Source: Oopsacas minuta
Lineage: Eukaryota > Animalia > Porifera
Direction of reading: 5' to 3'
Length of the DNA: 64,000 nucleotides
NCBI GenBank assembly: GCA_024704765.1
Contig: JAKMXF010000033.1
Span: 682,001-746,000 of the forward strand
The stretch's first letter is position 1. Each line of letters begins with the position of its first letter. Positions 43,424 to 55,482 of this stretch are shown in pieces. The translations under genes and the position numbers were made by a program. Under the pieces are notes generated by a model. That model was not told the DNA's origin and did not search any database. It saw only the letters and a program-made list of their open reading frames with translations.

Positions 43424-45286
43424 TTACTTGAGTAGAGCGTTCATGACAGACTCTGGAGAAAAGCTCTTCAGGTCAGTATACATCTGACCTGTCCCAACAA
43501 ATATAATAGGATGTCCTGTTGCATACGTCATAGATATAGCAGCACCTACTTTATCATCTATTGTATCAAACTTAGTCAATAGAATACCGTCTATTAGTGA
43601 GGACTTCACTGAATCACCATAAGCAAATGAGTAGTCAATAAGCGATTGATTGAACTTCTGTAGCTGGTCTACTCCCTCATTCCCTACTAATGCTTCTCCC
43701 ACAAATAGCACTAGATCAGGAGTATTACGGTGTATCAGTTTACCTAGTGCTTGCATTAGCGGTTGATTATCCTGCATACGACCTGCTGTATCAACCATGA
43801 TGACGTCATACCCATCTCTTATTCCAATCAGTATCCCCTCTGTAGCTACTGATGACGCGTCTTTGTTGGTCTTGTTAGAGTAGAGAGTTACGCGTTGAGA
43901 CCCTTCTTTCCCAGGGTATAAGCTCTGTAGACATTTGGTGTGAGTGAGGAGCTGCTCGATAGCTCCGGAGCGGAAGGTGTCACAAGCCGCGATTAGGACT
44001 CTGAAATCGTTCTCAAGCAGCCAGAAGCAGACCTTAGCCAGACTGGTAGATTTACCTACTCCATTTACACCACAGAATGTAATTACATAGGGCTTAGCTA
44101 CTGTCTTACGCTTGGTTATAATCTCTCTCAGCACATTAATATTCCTACGAGGCATTAGAATCTGAGAGAGGGAGTCTCTTAGAGATTGTTGTACGACTGA
44201 TCGGACTGTAGTGAAGGTAGATAGAGTCCTTCCTTCAACTTGCTCTCCGACAGATGCACAGAGATTCTCAGCAATCTCAGCAGCTACGTTCTTTGTTATC
44301 AAATGCTCCTTAACTGCTTCTAGCACAGGGATGAGACGATCCTTCCCGACAGGTTTAGAGCCTGTCAGTCCTCCTAACATGGACATGAAGCGGGATACCT
44401 TAGGTGTTGGTTTGGTATCAGACTCCTTCATGGTATCAATCCCACTCAGATCGCCTCTCATACCTCCAACAGCTGTTACAGGATCCACATAACTAGCTAC
44501 ATCTATTGTCTGGTCAGGTGGTCCATCTTCTTTATTGTAATTAAGTGATTCTTTCTCTACCTGAGAAATCTGTCCATCCCAAGTACGACCTACCTTTATG
44601 TGTTTCTTAGGCACAATCTTTTTAGACTCTACGTGATTCTTTGACCTACCCCTCCCTCTTCTCGCTCCTCCAACTCTATCACCTTGTATAGCACGAGGGA
44701 AGGAGGTCTGTATGTGACTGGTATCTTCAGGATAACTATTAGAATCTATTAAGTTAAGTGTTTCATCAATGGTCTCATTTGAATTAGATTCTTTATGTTC
44801 CAAAGCTGATATTGTCTTCTCCTTTTGTGTCTCACTGAGTTTAGAGAATTTCTTAGATTCAGTGAATGTCTTCATTGTTCTGTTAGAAGAGATGGAATTA
44901 GAATTTTCTATCTCGTAAGCTTTCAAAATTGGCTTGAAAATAGTATCAAAACTGATAGCATCAAAATAAGCTTTGGTTTTTAATCTCTCTGCGAATAAAT
45001 TCCTGAATTCCGAAAACAGATTTTCTATAAGTCTGTCTATTTCCATTAGCTTAGCAATCTTCTGGTAGGCAATCACAAATATCAATTCGAAATTATTGTC
45101 CAGTTTGAATTTGAGGAGAAGTTGTCCAAGAGAGAAAGTAGCAAGATGGAATCTCTCTAATAGTATGACCTGACTGATCAGCTCGTTAACAACTCGTACT
45201 ACACTCACTGCAGCATGTTGCTGGTAATGCCATAGGAGAATACCTCCTTTTGTAAAGATGGCAAATAAGTCAAACATGATAAGCAA
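43424..45286 (-). CDS. SRPRA: Signal recognition particle receptor subunit alpha
   Basis: MFDLFAIFTKGGILLW longin domain, GVNGVGKST, ACDTFRSGAIEQL, DTAGR, TKFD, GTGQ. Confidence 0.96.
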   Translation of the reverse strand: MLIMFDLFAIFTKGGILLWHYQQHAAVSVVRVVNELISQVILLERFHLATFSLGQLLLKFKLDNNFELIFVIAYQKIAKLMEIDRLIENLFSEFRNLFAERLKTKAYFDAISFDTIFKPILKAYEIENSNSISSNRTMKTFTESKKFSKLSETQKEKTISALEHKESNSNETIDETLNLIDSNSYPEDTSHIQTSFPRAIQGDRVGGARRGRGRSKNHVESKKIVPKKHIKVGRTWDGQISQVEKESLNYNKEDGPPDQTIDVASYVDPVTAVGGMRGDLSGIDTMKESDTKPTPKVSRFMSMLGGLTGSKPVGKDRLIPVLEAVKEHLITKNVAAEIAENLCASVGEQVEGRTLSTFTTVRSVVQQSLRDSLSQILMPRRNINVLREIITKRKTVAKPYVITFCGVNGVGKSTSLAKVCFWLLENDFRVLIAACDTFRSGAIEQLLTHTKCLQSLYPGKEGSQRVTLYSNKTNKDASSVATEGILIGIRDGYDVIMVDTAGRMQDNQPLMQALGKLIHRNTPDLVLFVGEALVGNEGVDQLQKFNQSLIDYSFAYGDSVKSSLIDGILLTKFDTIDDKVGAAISMTYATGHPIIFVGTGQMYTDLKSFSPESVMNALLK

Positions 45287-45380
45287 ACTCTCTTATCTTA
45301 TATAATTATCGTTACGCTAAAGAAGAAAGCAGTAATGTGAATTGAGAGGAAATATTATAAGACATATGTAATTTGACTTT

Positions 45381-45546
45381 AAGTACTCCTGTTATAACCA
45401 AGTTAGATATAACGAAACTCTTATTATTTATAACGAAGAGAATACTTTACCCATTATGGCTTAAATGATATTGACTCTACTACGCTTATAACCAAATGAA
45501 ATGAACGGGGTTCCCTAAGAGTTTGTTTTAACGAGAGTTTACTGTA
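45381..45546. mobile_element. pogo/Tc1-type MITE remnant
   Basis: AGTACTCCTGTTATAAC...TTAACGAGAGTTTACTGTA with repeated ATAACGAA; resembles the element at 28200. Confidence 0.45.
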
Positions 45547-45739
45547 CAATCTATTTTGGACAAGAATGTCTATACCGTCTACTTGAGTAAGAACGATGAT
45601 GGCTAATAGTATGCTTGAGATATTAACTTAAACAAATTTAGTTAATATAATACAATCTAGAAATAATTACCTCAATTACCATTCAACAAAGGTTTTATTC
45701 AAAAGCTCTATTACACTCTTATATATGATAAAAGAATAT

Positions 45740-47512
45740 TTAGTGATTCATGTATTGTCTGAGTGGTGTAGCTGCTGGGCTAGTGACGATATGTTGAAGG
45801 GTTGCAGCTAGGTTTTGAGGTAAATAGGAAATAAATTCACAACCGGACAAACCATTAATCAGCTCTTTCATAAGTTTATTCTCCAATTGACTAGTGGATT
45901 GTGTCGTGTTACTCTTATTAATGAGTATAAGTGAAACAGCTAGCTTATAGAGAGAATAATCTACAGGAATATTAGTAATATTTGTCAGTATTAAATCAAA
46001 TATTACACTCTTATTCTCGAGATTAGATTCAGAAGTAATATCACCAATGATAGGGCTTACGTATAACTTAGAGAAATAGACGATCAACAAATGTAGGTAA
46101 CCAGATTGAGCCAATGGTATTTGAGTGTGTTGCGACAAGTTCAAGGCAGCTGGAAGAAATTCTGACATACAATTCGAGAGATTTTCTTCTAAATTCACAC
46201 AGTAATTATTAAGAGTTGAGTAATCCTTCAGTAGTGATATATCAAATTTATTTATCTCAGCAAAATACTTATCCATTGAAAGGTTACACAATAACCTTAT
46301 CAGAACAGGACATAGTTTTGCTAATACATCTATGTGTTTATCCAGTTCATGATCAGCCAGATAAATTGACAGTAGTCTTAAAACCGCATGAGATAGAGAG
46401 GGTGATAAATTGTTAGAATTCTCATCTGCAAACACCATTAAATGACATAGATTAATAGAAATATCTTCTATCGTTAATATGGAGTTACAAATAAAATCAA
46501 TACATTTATCACTACCCCTCAATACTACACAATCATTCTCTTCTACTTGTTCCAGCAATCTCATCAGCTGATATGTATACGATATCATAGAGAGTGAATG
46601 AGAGTAATGGTCATGTCCTGAATGCATGTATACATCTAGCCATAGTTTGAAATTAACGAGAATTAAGTTAGCTACTAGCAATAAGAATGTTATCAATTCA
46701 TTCAGAGATAATACACTCTTCTTCTCAAAATTCAAATATTCACATAGAGAATGTATATCGAATAGAGATAGTAACTGTGAAGATGCTCTCAATGCTAATA
46801 ACTGTCTTTCCAAATTAACTTTATTTCTGAGTAGAAGAAATAGGTCTCTCAATAGGAGCAATAGATTGTGTGTATTCGGGAAATGAAAGGGTTCAAAACA
46901 ACTCAATACCCGTAGTATATGCTCACAATATTCGTATTTGTCCAAGTCTTTAAAAGAACATAATTCGTTTTGTAATACATCAGTAATTTGTTGGGAATAA
47001 TTACAAAATGCAGTATTTTCCTGTAAGTTAGTGAGAATAGTACTTGAAAAGTTGTGTTTAGTTCTAACTATAATACTAAGTGCGTTGTTATGTAATAATA
47101 TTGATTGGCACTCAGGAATGTAACTCACACATTCCACACATTCCAGAGAAAGCTGTCGCATCTCCTTGACAACAGAATCAGGTCCGTAACCTATCTTCAT
47201 AAGAATTGGGGTATAGTTGATAAAAGAGATAGAGTGTAGTACATTAGGACTAGACATCATACAGCTGATTAGTGTCACGAATACATTTATGTAGATATTA
47301 GAATCTTTATCAAATTGGAGGCAGGAAGATGCGAGCTGAGAGAGATGAGAGGAAGGTATACAACTCCATAACAGGTCGGCTTGTGTGGTTAGTAAGGATG
47401 TGAAAGTGGGGAGTTCTTCTAGAACAGAAATCAAACCATTGTAATCAATTGATTTGAGTTTTGTGGTGAAGATTTCGAAATTACAACTAACTTCTATGTC
47501 TGTGGTAGACAT
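45740..47512 (-). CDS. Helical-repeat protein, possibly neurochondrin-like
   Basis: 590-aa intronless Leu-rich ORF. AVLRLLSIYLAD and EFLPAALNLS loosely resemble the neurochondrin motifs VRxLGAWLAE and FLLPGxCHL. Confidence 0.45.
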   Translation of the reverse strand: MSTTDIEVSCNFEIFTTKLKSIDYNGLISVLEELPTFTSLLTTQADLLWSCIPSSHLSQLASSCLQFDKDSNIYINVFVTLISCMMSSPNVLHSISFINYTPILMKIGYGPDSVVKEMRQLSLECVECVSYIPECQSILLHNNALSIIVRTKHNFSSTILTNLQENTAFCNYSQQITDVLQNELCSFKDLDKYEYCEHILRVLSCFEPFHFPNTHNLLLLLRDLFLLLRNKVNLERQLLALRASSQLLSLFDIHSLCEYLNFEKKSVLSLNELITFLLLVANLILVNFKLWLDVYMHSGHDHYSHSLSMISYTYQLMRLLEQVEENDCVVLRGSDKCIDFICNSILTIEDISINLCHLMVFADENSNNLSPSLSHAVLRLLSIYLADHELDKHIDVLAKLCPVLIRLLCNLSMDKYFAEINKFDISLLKDYSTLNNYCVNLEENLSNCMSEFLPAALNLSQHTQIPLAQSGYLHLLIVYFSKLYVSPIIGDITSESNLENKSVIFDLILTNITNIPVDYSLYKLAVSLILINKSNTTQSTSQLENKLMKELINGLSGCEFISYLPQNLAATLQHIVTSPAATPLRQYMNH

Positions 47513-48543
47513 TGTGATTTAGCTGTGTTAGGAAGAAAATGAGAGTATTAAAAAGTACCCAAGGCCAGTAGATCAGGTCATGGTTGAACCGAATTTTAAA
47601 TCCAAATGGGTTGAGCTATTTCGTTAAATCTAATATTTCCAGAGATTGATCGCTATTTTTAACATAGGTAGGCGGATCTAGGAGGTGACAAGGGAGCATT
47701 ACCCCCAAAGTTGTACCATGCCCTCTCAAAGCTTATTACATGTATTATATGTTCAGGACCTAATACCTTTATACCTAGTCTTGCCCGCCCCCCCCCCCCC
47801 CACCCCAAATGTTAGGCTTAGATGATAAATCTATGAATTTGTAACTTTCAGGCTCTGAAATCTCAAAATCAGACTCTACGCACCCAATTACCGCTGACAA
47901 CACATCGATACTTAATCTCTAGCATGCTTTTGAATTTACATAGAAATGTATGAATATTCCACTTCAGAAAATTCATGCCCCAGGTACAAATCTCCACCCC
48001 AAATGTATATGTGTACCAATTTCATATTAATCCAACTTCTAGAATTGCACGACCGTAAAGACGGAAGGACATTGTCCATGCCATTTTAATAATTATATCA
48101 CATCAAACTCCTCCCCTTGTCTACTCTTCCCTAAAGATCTCGATCATGACAAACTCAATGGATCAGCGAGTCTCTTTGATCTTAAAAAAAGGGTGATTCA
48201 AATCATTGATAATACTTGTACAGATAATTATGTAATATTTATAAGAAATTTTGTTATTTCCCCATTGTAATAAATCCGAATATAAATATGATGACATAGT
48301 TAGTATAAGTATAAAATTTCATTAACAAATATTATACAAAATACAATCTACAATTTCAGGATTATCTAATGCTGAACACATATTCTTACCTGAATCACAA
48401 AATGTTTATATTTTTACTTATGGATAATCTCTTAACAAGATAATTAATCTACAATAAAAACTAATATAAAACGATCAGTGAACAACAAACGATAATAATT
48501 GGACAAATAAATAATTTGAATTTTAAGCGAGTTTATTTTGGAT

Positions 48544-49584
48544 ATGTTTACTTTTAGTGAGAGCGATTTGATTCAAAGAATAGTTGAATTAACTGGCTAT
48601 AGTAATTTGCTAGTATTCACTTTACTGAATTTATGTTGGTTGATATATTGCATTAGAGAATGTAGGAATAATATCAAACTGTACAATTACTTCAAACGAA
48701 AACCTCTCCTACATCCCATCAATAGAGATATACAATATCTATCTCTACAAAAGAGATTATACAATCTGAAAACGCATATTGTAAAGTATTTACTTGCAAT
48801 AGTAGGGTTAGGTCTTGAGATAGGAGCTATACTTTGGATAGGAATTTGGAGTGCATATATTTCTGTGAATCTAAATCCAAATTTTGATCCTCTAGCAACG
48901 ATAGAACTTGAATACCCTTATTGTAGTATTCAGTACACAATGAAAAAGCTGTACTACCATCCATTCTTCATTATAATGTACAGTTTTGAATATGCAATTT
49001 CCTTCACACAATTCACATTCCTATCCATCCTGACTCGTTACCTAGCAGCTAGATATATGAATCACACTTTTAAGAGAACTCTCATTAAATACATAATCTG
49101 GTTAAGTGTGCAGTTACTTATTGTATCTGTCTGTTCCACTCTCTATACTTTTATTCTATCTTTTCTACTCTTTCCCTTACTTGCTGTAATCAATTGGTTA
49201 GTGGTGTTGAGAGATAGTCTGATTCTCACTAGAGTCCTCCAATCAAACTTGAGAGAACTCAAGTTTCATTCTAACAATAAGGTTCTGTATAGAGAACAAC
49301 TACAGGCTTATAAGTTCTATCGATTCTTTCAGATAACTCTTCTCTTTTCTTTATTCCTACTTATCGTGGTAATATTTCTACTCAATTTAAGATATATCTT
49401 TGAAATGACGGTTGGATTATGTCTATTAAATTTAATATATGGTATTAATTATGACCTAACTATCCAGGTAGCTTCTTCAGTTGAATTCGTTCTCAAAAAC
49501 TACACCGCTATCGCTGATAGCTTCATCATTCTTCCCTACTCTCTATCAGCTAGTTTACCTGTTTTCTGTTTGACATTCGTGTAA
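48544..49584 (+). CDS. Orphan 7TM membrane protein, family member 1
   Basis: About seven hydrophobic segments; shares the K-x-x-Y...E TM2 pattern and loop cysteines with 54180-55286 and 55836-56957. Confidence 0.7.
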   Translation: MFTFSESDLIQRIVELTGYSNLLVFTLLNLCWLIYCIRECRNNIKLYNYFKRKPLLHPINRDIQYLSLQKRLYNLKTHIVKYLLAIVGLGLEIGAILWIGIWSAYISVNLNPNFDPLATIELEYPYCSIQYTMKKLYYHPFFIIMYSFEYAISFTQFTFLSILTRYLAARYMNHTFKRTLIKYIIWLSVQLLIVSVCSTLYTFILSFLLFPLLAVINWLVVLRDSLILTRVLQSNLRELKFHSNNKVLYREQLQAYKFYRFFQITLLFSLFLLIVVIFLLNLRYIFEMTVGLCLLNLIYGINYDLTIQVASSVEFVLKNYTAIADSFIILPYSLSASLPVFCLTFV

Positions 49585-50131
49585 CTTATCCGCAGCTGTA
49601 TAACTAGATATATATATATCTACACGATGTGCATAGGTATAATTATGACAATATTAAAAAGCCTCTGTTAGCTAGATACAAATAGTATTTCCTGAATAAT
49701 CTTACATGTAAATAATTACTGCTCTCTGATTATTAATTCTTGTTTTGGTTATTTTGTAAATAATTAACTAATAAATCAAATGTAGGTATTCTAAGTGTAC
49801 AATATCAAATACTACTCATCTTAAGCCCACTAATACTAATGTATTTAAGTTTCCAAAGATTACATAAACTCTGAGCCCTGTTTGGATTAGCGAGGGTCTA
49901 GTGTAATGTAGTTCTGCTTTTATCATGATTCATATCTTGTTGAGTGGAAGTTCAATGCTTATACATAAGTTACATAATTTCGATTATATCAGAAGAAAAT
50001 TAGCCTAAAATATCCGAATTTTTATTAGCAGATTATGTAGAGAGGAAGAATTAGACAAATTATCCTACAAGAATATTAATATAAAATCAACAGTAGTATT
50101 AAGGTTTTGTACAATTATTCGCCTCTTATTA

Positions 50132-51283
50132 ATGAAATCCAGAACGAAACTATTTTTAGCAAACTTAGTTTGTATATTAGTGATTGCTGGTATTTGGACT
50201 CTATTCATTACACCAATCATAGTGGTGTTGGCTGCATACATTGGATACAGTAATCCAAAATTCGACACATCTGTAAGTTCCCCTAATGTAAATTATGTAT
50301 TGACAATAATCGATATGTATACGTTACTGAAATTATAGAAGACCGTATTACAGTGTAATCTCAACAAACGGGATGTCAGGGACGCCGGAAAATGCACCTT
50401 GTCCCTGTTTCTTCCAAATTCCCCATTTGTGGAGGTTACAATGTACCTTTATGAGCAAATGTTTCCGTGCTTTCCGAATCTCCAAGAAATGTCACTATAA
50501 TCAATATAATTAATCAATATTTGTATTTTCAGGTTAACGGTACAATTGCTGCTGTATTTGATTCAGAGGCCTGTAAGAATCATACATTAGAAGAAGCTAT
50601 CACATCAATAAGGAAAATAGCTGCAGGTAATATTAATATATATATTATCAAATTTGATTGTTTGTTTGTTTGTCTGCATCCTATATGAAATACTCAATGA
50701 AAATTATTTGTAGGAAACTTTAGAACAAACTTTACTTGTAATCCTCCGTACTTCAGTAACGGTACACAGTGTATTCCAGGATGCCTGTTGTGGAATCCAG
50801 GAGGAGATCTGTACTACTACTTATACAGATATAGCATACCGGTGTTATCATGTATTACAACAGTAGCCGGAATTATTGGAGCTTCAACATGGTTATTCTT
50901 AAAGAGATTGTAAGTTTTACCTTCTCATAAATAATGTACTGAAAGATTAGTGGAAAGTTGTAGTTTGAAAGATAGAAAATAATATAATACATATACAAGC
51001 AAAATAGTAGTAAACTATTAGTAAAATGGACAATTGTACAACTTTCGAGTTTATTTCAGTAAACAAATTACAAATTAGATTATAGAATGTACTTAAGCTT
51101 ATAATAAATTCTGTATTTAGATGGAAATTTCCGCACATTATTTCGCTGTACCTCTTAATCACCGTGATTGGACAGAGTAAGTTAACTCACTTCGTTTTGG
51201 TATTTGAGTAATAAATCACAGGTATCGTATACTTTCAAGCAGAGGATTATACAGGTTCCATAGTATTTAGCAATGGTTAGAAA

Positions 51284-51314
<31 letters not shown>

Positions 51315-52370
51315 ATACGTTAATTAAAATTATTACCACAGAGAAAATTATTATTATTAACTGTTAAGTTACTTTTCGAGTTTTTTTCAATACAAGTTAC
51401 TCGTATAGGTTCAATGATATTTATTGGAAGCTTATCCCCAACTAATTTCTACTGCACCAGTATAGATCTCATAAAGTCCAGAGAGAATCCATCTATCCCC
51501 TGTCACATTCAAGGTAAGTCCTAAATCTAAGTTGCTCCAAAAGGGGACCTCAATAACATTTGAAAGAGTATCACTTACATTGTTCCACTAGGTGCTATAT
51601 TCCAATTCTTTCTGCTCTCCTTCATGCTATGGTACGTATGCGACCTATGTAACATCCTCTACGTGCTGTTCCCATTGAAATCTGACCTCTTAATCATACA
51701 CAGAAACAAGATTCACATATTTCAATCAATATTAAGTTGGGGGTTACCTTGTATTATTGTTATCACAATCGGTGCAACAGCTGGTTATGAAATAGTATCT
51801 GCACCTGCCATCTGTTTACCGCCAGTTTTCTTAACTACAAGTACGCTATTCATTCCAGGCGTAGCTTTTAGCTTACTAACACAGACTATTTTCACCATAA
51901 TATGTACTATACTTTATAAAAGACACATACGAACTACTAAAGTCTCTACAAACAATGAATATTCGCAAAGATTACGTCATATATCGGTATTTAGCACTTC
52001 GTTTTCAATACTAATCATTCTTGTTCTCATTCATTTCGCATGTTTAGCGATCGGTCGTGAGGAGGTTGCGGAATATTTAGCAGACTATTGGCATTGTTTG
52101 ACAGTATTTGACAATAATAATGAATGTTGTAGACCCGCATATATTGCTCATTACTATCCGTTTACTGGTTTTCTATCAAATGTATCATTTTGTACTTGGG
52201 GGATTGTAGCAGTAAGTGCCGTATCTGTGAAGGAGGCCAGCAGTCTGTGGAAACGAGCTTTCAAAAGATGCTTTGAAAAATTTAAGTCAACAAAACCAGG
52301 GCGCAGAGAACGTCTTGAAACTGAGAGTCTAGAACTGGAATGTTCAGGCACGCTCAAGCATACATCCTAA
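50132..52370 (+). CDS. Frizzled/secretin-like GPCR lacking a CRD; exons 50132-50272, 50533-50626, 50714-50909, 51121-51176, 51409-51513, 51592-52370 (456 aa)
   Basis: Six GT-AG exons join in frame (1371 nt). Features: CIPGC hinge, WKFPHII after TM1, FYC...PCHIQGAIFQF, SWGLP, ICL. Confidence 0.75.
50349..50445. mobile_element. MITE family A copy in GPCR intron 1
   Basis: TACAGTGTAATCTCAACAAACGGG / CCCCATTTGTGGAGGTTACAATGTA TIR pair. Confidence 0.75.
51281..51316. repeat. (AAAT)9 microsatellite, intronic
   Basis: Directly visible. Confidence 0.9.
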
Positions 52371-52776
52371 ACCTCTGACTTAACATTTGTAATATTTTGA
52401 TAATAATTGGTCTTGCTTTAAGCTGTAAATAATATAACATGTGTGCCTTGTATTACATTAATGTGATTTTCCATTTGTAGAATGAAATATTAATTACTAG
52501 CGCGATTTGCTTGCCAGGGGCTTAGCTTGCCAGGGGCTTAGGTTTATAGTACGAACACGGTTAATACGAAATCCGGATAAAGCGAACATAAGGTCCGTTA
52601 GTGTTCGTATTAACGAAGTTCTACTGTATTCCTTCAAATGCTAAATATTGTTTTAGAATGCCACACACACACTTTTATATGAGTGCCAACGACGTTGAAA
52701 CAAAGATAGTAATTATTAAACACAAACTAGATATATTATAATGTTCAATTATACAAATATTCTTTGAAAGTATATT

Positions 52777-53742
52777 TCATTTCTTTACAGTAGTTCTCAT
52801 TAATTTCTCCTTCAAATGCTCACCAGCACTTATAGGCTCATACAACTTATCTTTGTCATCTTTATACGTGCCTGGGAGAGTATCTATAATAGTATCATGA
52901 TGAGGAGTAGTAAAAAATACCATTGAGAGACGTTCGTTGTCAAGGTTGTTATTTATCACACGGTGAGTAGCTGATTTCCAAATACCATTAGTCCATCGTT
53001 CTATTAAGTCTCCTGAATTAATAATAAAACTATTCTGTGGTGATATAACGGGCAGCCACGTACCATTATGATCCACTTCTAATGAGTGACATTTATCTGC
53101 CCGTTGATAATCATCTGTTTTTAGAATAGTAAAACCTCCATAATCAGTATGTGCACCATATCGTTGGGCATTCTTTGTAGATTCGTTTATTTCTGTTTTA
53201 GCGTAGTAAGCTAGTCTCAGGGAAATTTCAATTTTTTCAACTATTTCTGAGAAATAGCTAGGATCCAGGTTTAATGCTAGTGCAGATATTTTCATGATAA
53301 TTTGTGCTAGTTGCCTGATACTCAAGAAATAATTGTGCATTGTAACTGTGAATTCAGGTACAATTTCATCTAAGCATACATCAGTATGTGTAGGTATAGT
53401 GTTCATTGTAAAACAAATGTTCTCAACTAAATCTGGCTGTCCAACTGCCTCCTTATCCACCGACTTACTAACCATTTCAATTCCCCTCGGAACATACCCT
53501 CCAACTCCGTAACCTTTACCTAAATAGAATTTCATTTTATCTGCCTCTGGAAGTCTAAAGAAATCTAATGATTTCTTGTAAAGATTGTCGATATACTCGT
53601 CATTAATTCCGTGCCCTGTGATGATGCAAAATCCGTAATTCCTGAAAACTAAGTCCCATTGTTTAATGACGTCATCTCTTAGGATGGGAGTATCTGCTAT
53701 GAAGTGAGTAATGTCTATTGTTGGGATACCCTCTGTAGCCAT
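52777..53742 (-). CDS. 2-oxoglutarate/Fe(II) dioxygenase, IPNS/DIOX_N type
   Basis: IPTIDI...YGFCIITGHGI N-domain, HTD (HxD), ATHRV distal His, RLS 2OG-binding motif. Confidence 0.92.
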   Translation of the reverse strand: MATEGIPTIDITHFIADTPILRDDVIKQWDLVFRNYGFCIITGHGINDEYIDNLYKKSLDFFRLPEADKMKFYLGKGYGVGGYVPRGIEMVSKSVDKEAVGQPDLVENICFTMNTIPTHTDVCLDEIVPEFTVTMHNYFLSIRQLAQIIMKISALALNLDPSYFSEIVEKIEISLRLAYYAKTEINESTKNAQRYGAHTDYGGFTILKTDDYQRADKCHSLEVDHNGTWLPVISPQNSFIINSGDLIERWTNGIWKSATHRVINNNLDNERLSMVFFTTPHHDTIIDTLPGTYKDDKDKLYEPISAGEHLKEKLMRTTVKK

Positions 53743-54179
53743 TTTATCTAAGCCTGAGATTCAAGAAATGTTACTTTTATGAGATTGTATTTAGTTCAGC
53801 GCGTAGTTTGTTTAAATATTCAAATTACTCTATAATGAAGTATGTCCTTACCACCAAATTAAATCTGAAACTGCAATTAAACATAGGGTAAGTTATTCGT
53901 CATTTCTGTTATGCCCACAAGACACGATACAACTGTTGGATGCAATTTTGTTTTTGGAAGTTTGAGGGAAAATTGTTGCAAGAAACTTGCATGGAAATAG
54001 GAACATTTTCAATGTTCATGCAACTTTGTTGCTCCGTGTATGTTGCCTTGTTGCCCTGTTGCATCTTGTATGGTTCGCTTAAGAAATTTATTAATAAGGA
54101 TAAGATTAATTTACAATTGTCAAAACAGAAGCCAATACATACAAAATAAGCAAAATAATAAAATATTTAAGATACAAAA

Positions 54180-55286
54180 TTAAACTCTAAGAGGTGGAAA
54201 TAGATTAGTATTTCCCTCAAATCTTGTTTGGAGAGGAGTTTTACAATACTTGTATATCTTCAATGCTAAAATACCCAAAGATATCCCGACGTAAGGCATA
54301 AAGTACAGCACAGTGGATACAAAACTAATAACTGGCGTTATAGAGTCAATAGCGAATTGGAACTTGTATATGAACTGTTGGTGCTCACAATCTAGGTACG
54401 ACAAGCTACTATTCAAGTGAAAAAGTGCAGTAACGTATTTAGATTTTTCAGTCAACAACATCGAAGCCAAAGATGAGGAATTGTGTAGGGTAAGATTAAA
54501 AACAAATATAGAAACAGAAGACAGCAATAAATTGAATAAAATGATGGAATTTCGCTTAACTTTCCTGTGATATCCATAACTAGGAAGATCCCGTAATATA
54601 AAAGCATCATCACATCGCCATTTTAAAGTCATAACATACAGTTTTTTGTGCTTAAAAAGTAGGACTACTAAGACTATAGAATATATAGGAACAGCTGCCT
54701 TTGATAAGATCTGAGTGTGTGGGATAACGGAAATAATCATAAGCAAGGGAAGGAGAAGCGAGGCTTTGATTAAAAAGAGTTTCACACTACTCAAATCCGT
54801 ATTCATTTGATAAGCCAAGTAAATATATTTGATAAGCCCTATGACTAAAATAGAATTAGCACATAGAATCATATCCCTTAGGCTAAAGAATAAAGAGATC
54901 AGTGGGTTAATCAGCTCTATCTCCCAAATTTCAAAACCTTTGTCTGTACAATTAATGGAAATATCAAGAGGAAAGATTGGATAGTTACCAAGCCTCGGGG
55001 TGAAATTGAAAATTAACGTGCCTAGACATTGTGCAATCACACACAAAATTTCCAAGATTATAATCATAAGAAAGAAGAAGTAAATAATACATTTCATCTT
55101 GTTGTTATAGAATTGTATATAAAACTCATTGTAATACCTACTCACAGATAGTTTCTTATAAACCTTGTAGAATTTTAGGAAGCGAAATAATACAAAAGTA
55201 AACCAGAATATTGCAAGGATGAAACAGGGTAGAAACACCAAACCACCTACTCCAATGTAAATGAGGTTTATAGTATTGAAATGCAT
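54180..55286 (-). CDS. Orphan 7TM membrane protein, family member 2
   Basis: Seven hydrophobic segments, basic odd-numbered loops, Cys in the loops after TM2 and TM6. Confidence 0.7.
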   Translation of the reverse strand: MHFNTINLIYIGVGGLVFLPCFILAIFWFTFVLFRFLKFYKVYKKLSVSRYYNEFYIQFYNNKMKCIIYFFFLMIIILEILCVIAQCLGTLIFNFTPRLGNYPIFPLDISINCTDKGFEIWEIELINPLISLFFSLRDMILCANSILVIGLIKYIYLAYQMNTDLSSVKLFLIKASLLLPLLMIISVIPHTQILSKAAVPIYSIVLVVLLFKHKKLYVMTLKWRCDDAFILRDLPSYGYHRKVKRNSIILFNLLLSSVSIFVFNLTLHNSSSLASMLLTEKSKYVTALFHLNSSLSYLDCEHQQFIYKFQFAIDSITPVISFVSTVLYFMPYVGISLGILALKIYKYCKTPLQTRFEGNTNLFPPLRV

Positions 55287-55412
55287 TTAATCAGAGATAA
55301 TTATAAATATTGAATTTGACTTAAATATATACAAGAAATGACAGTGTAAGTATATTGATGGGGAAATATTTAGGGATACAATTATCTAAGCATTACATAA
55401 CCGTAAGCAAAA

Positions 55413-55482
55413 TGTAATAAACTGGGTGTTAGTGTATGTAATAAATAGGGTGTTTGTGTATGTAATAAATAGGGTGTTAGTA
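55413..55482. repeat. 24-bp tandem repeat (about 2.8 copies) between the divergent 7TM genes
   Basis: Unit TGTAATAAATAGGGTGTT(A/T)GTGTA. Confidence 0.8.

Noticed and set aside
47784-47806. Poly-C tract as a G-quadruplex regulator
   Set aside because: It lies within a degraded repeat remnant, with no supporting context.
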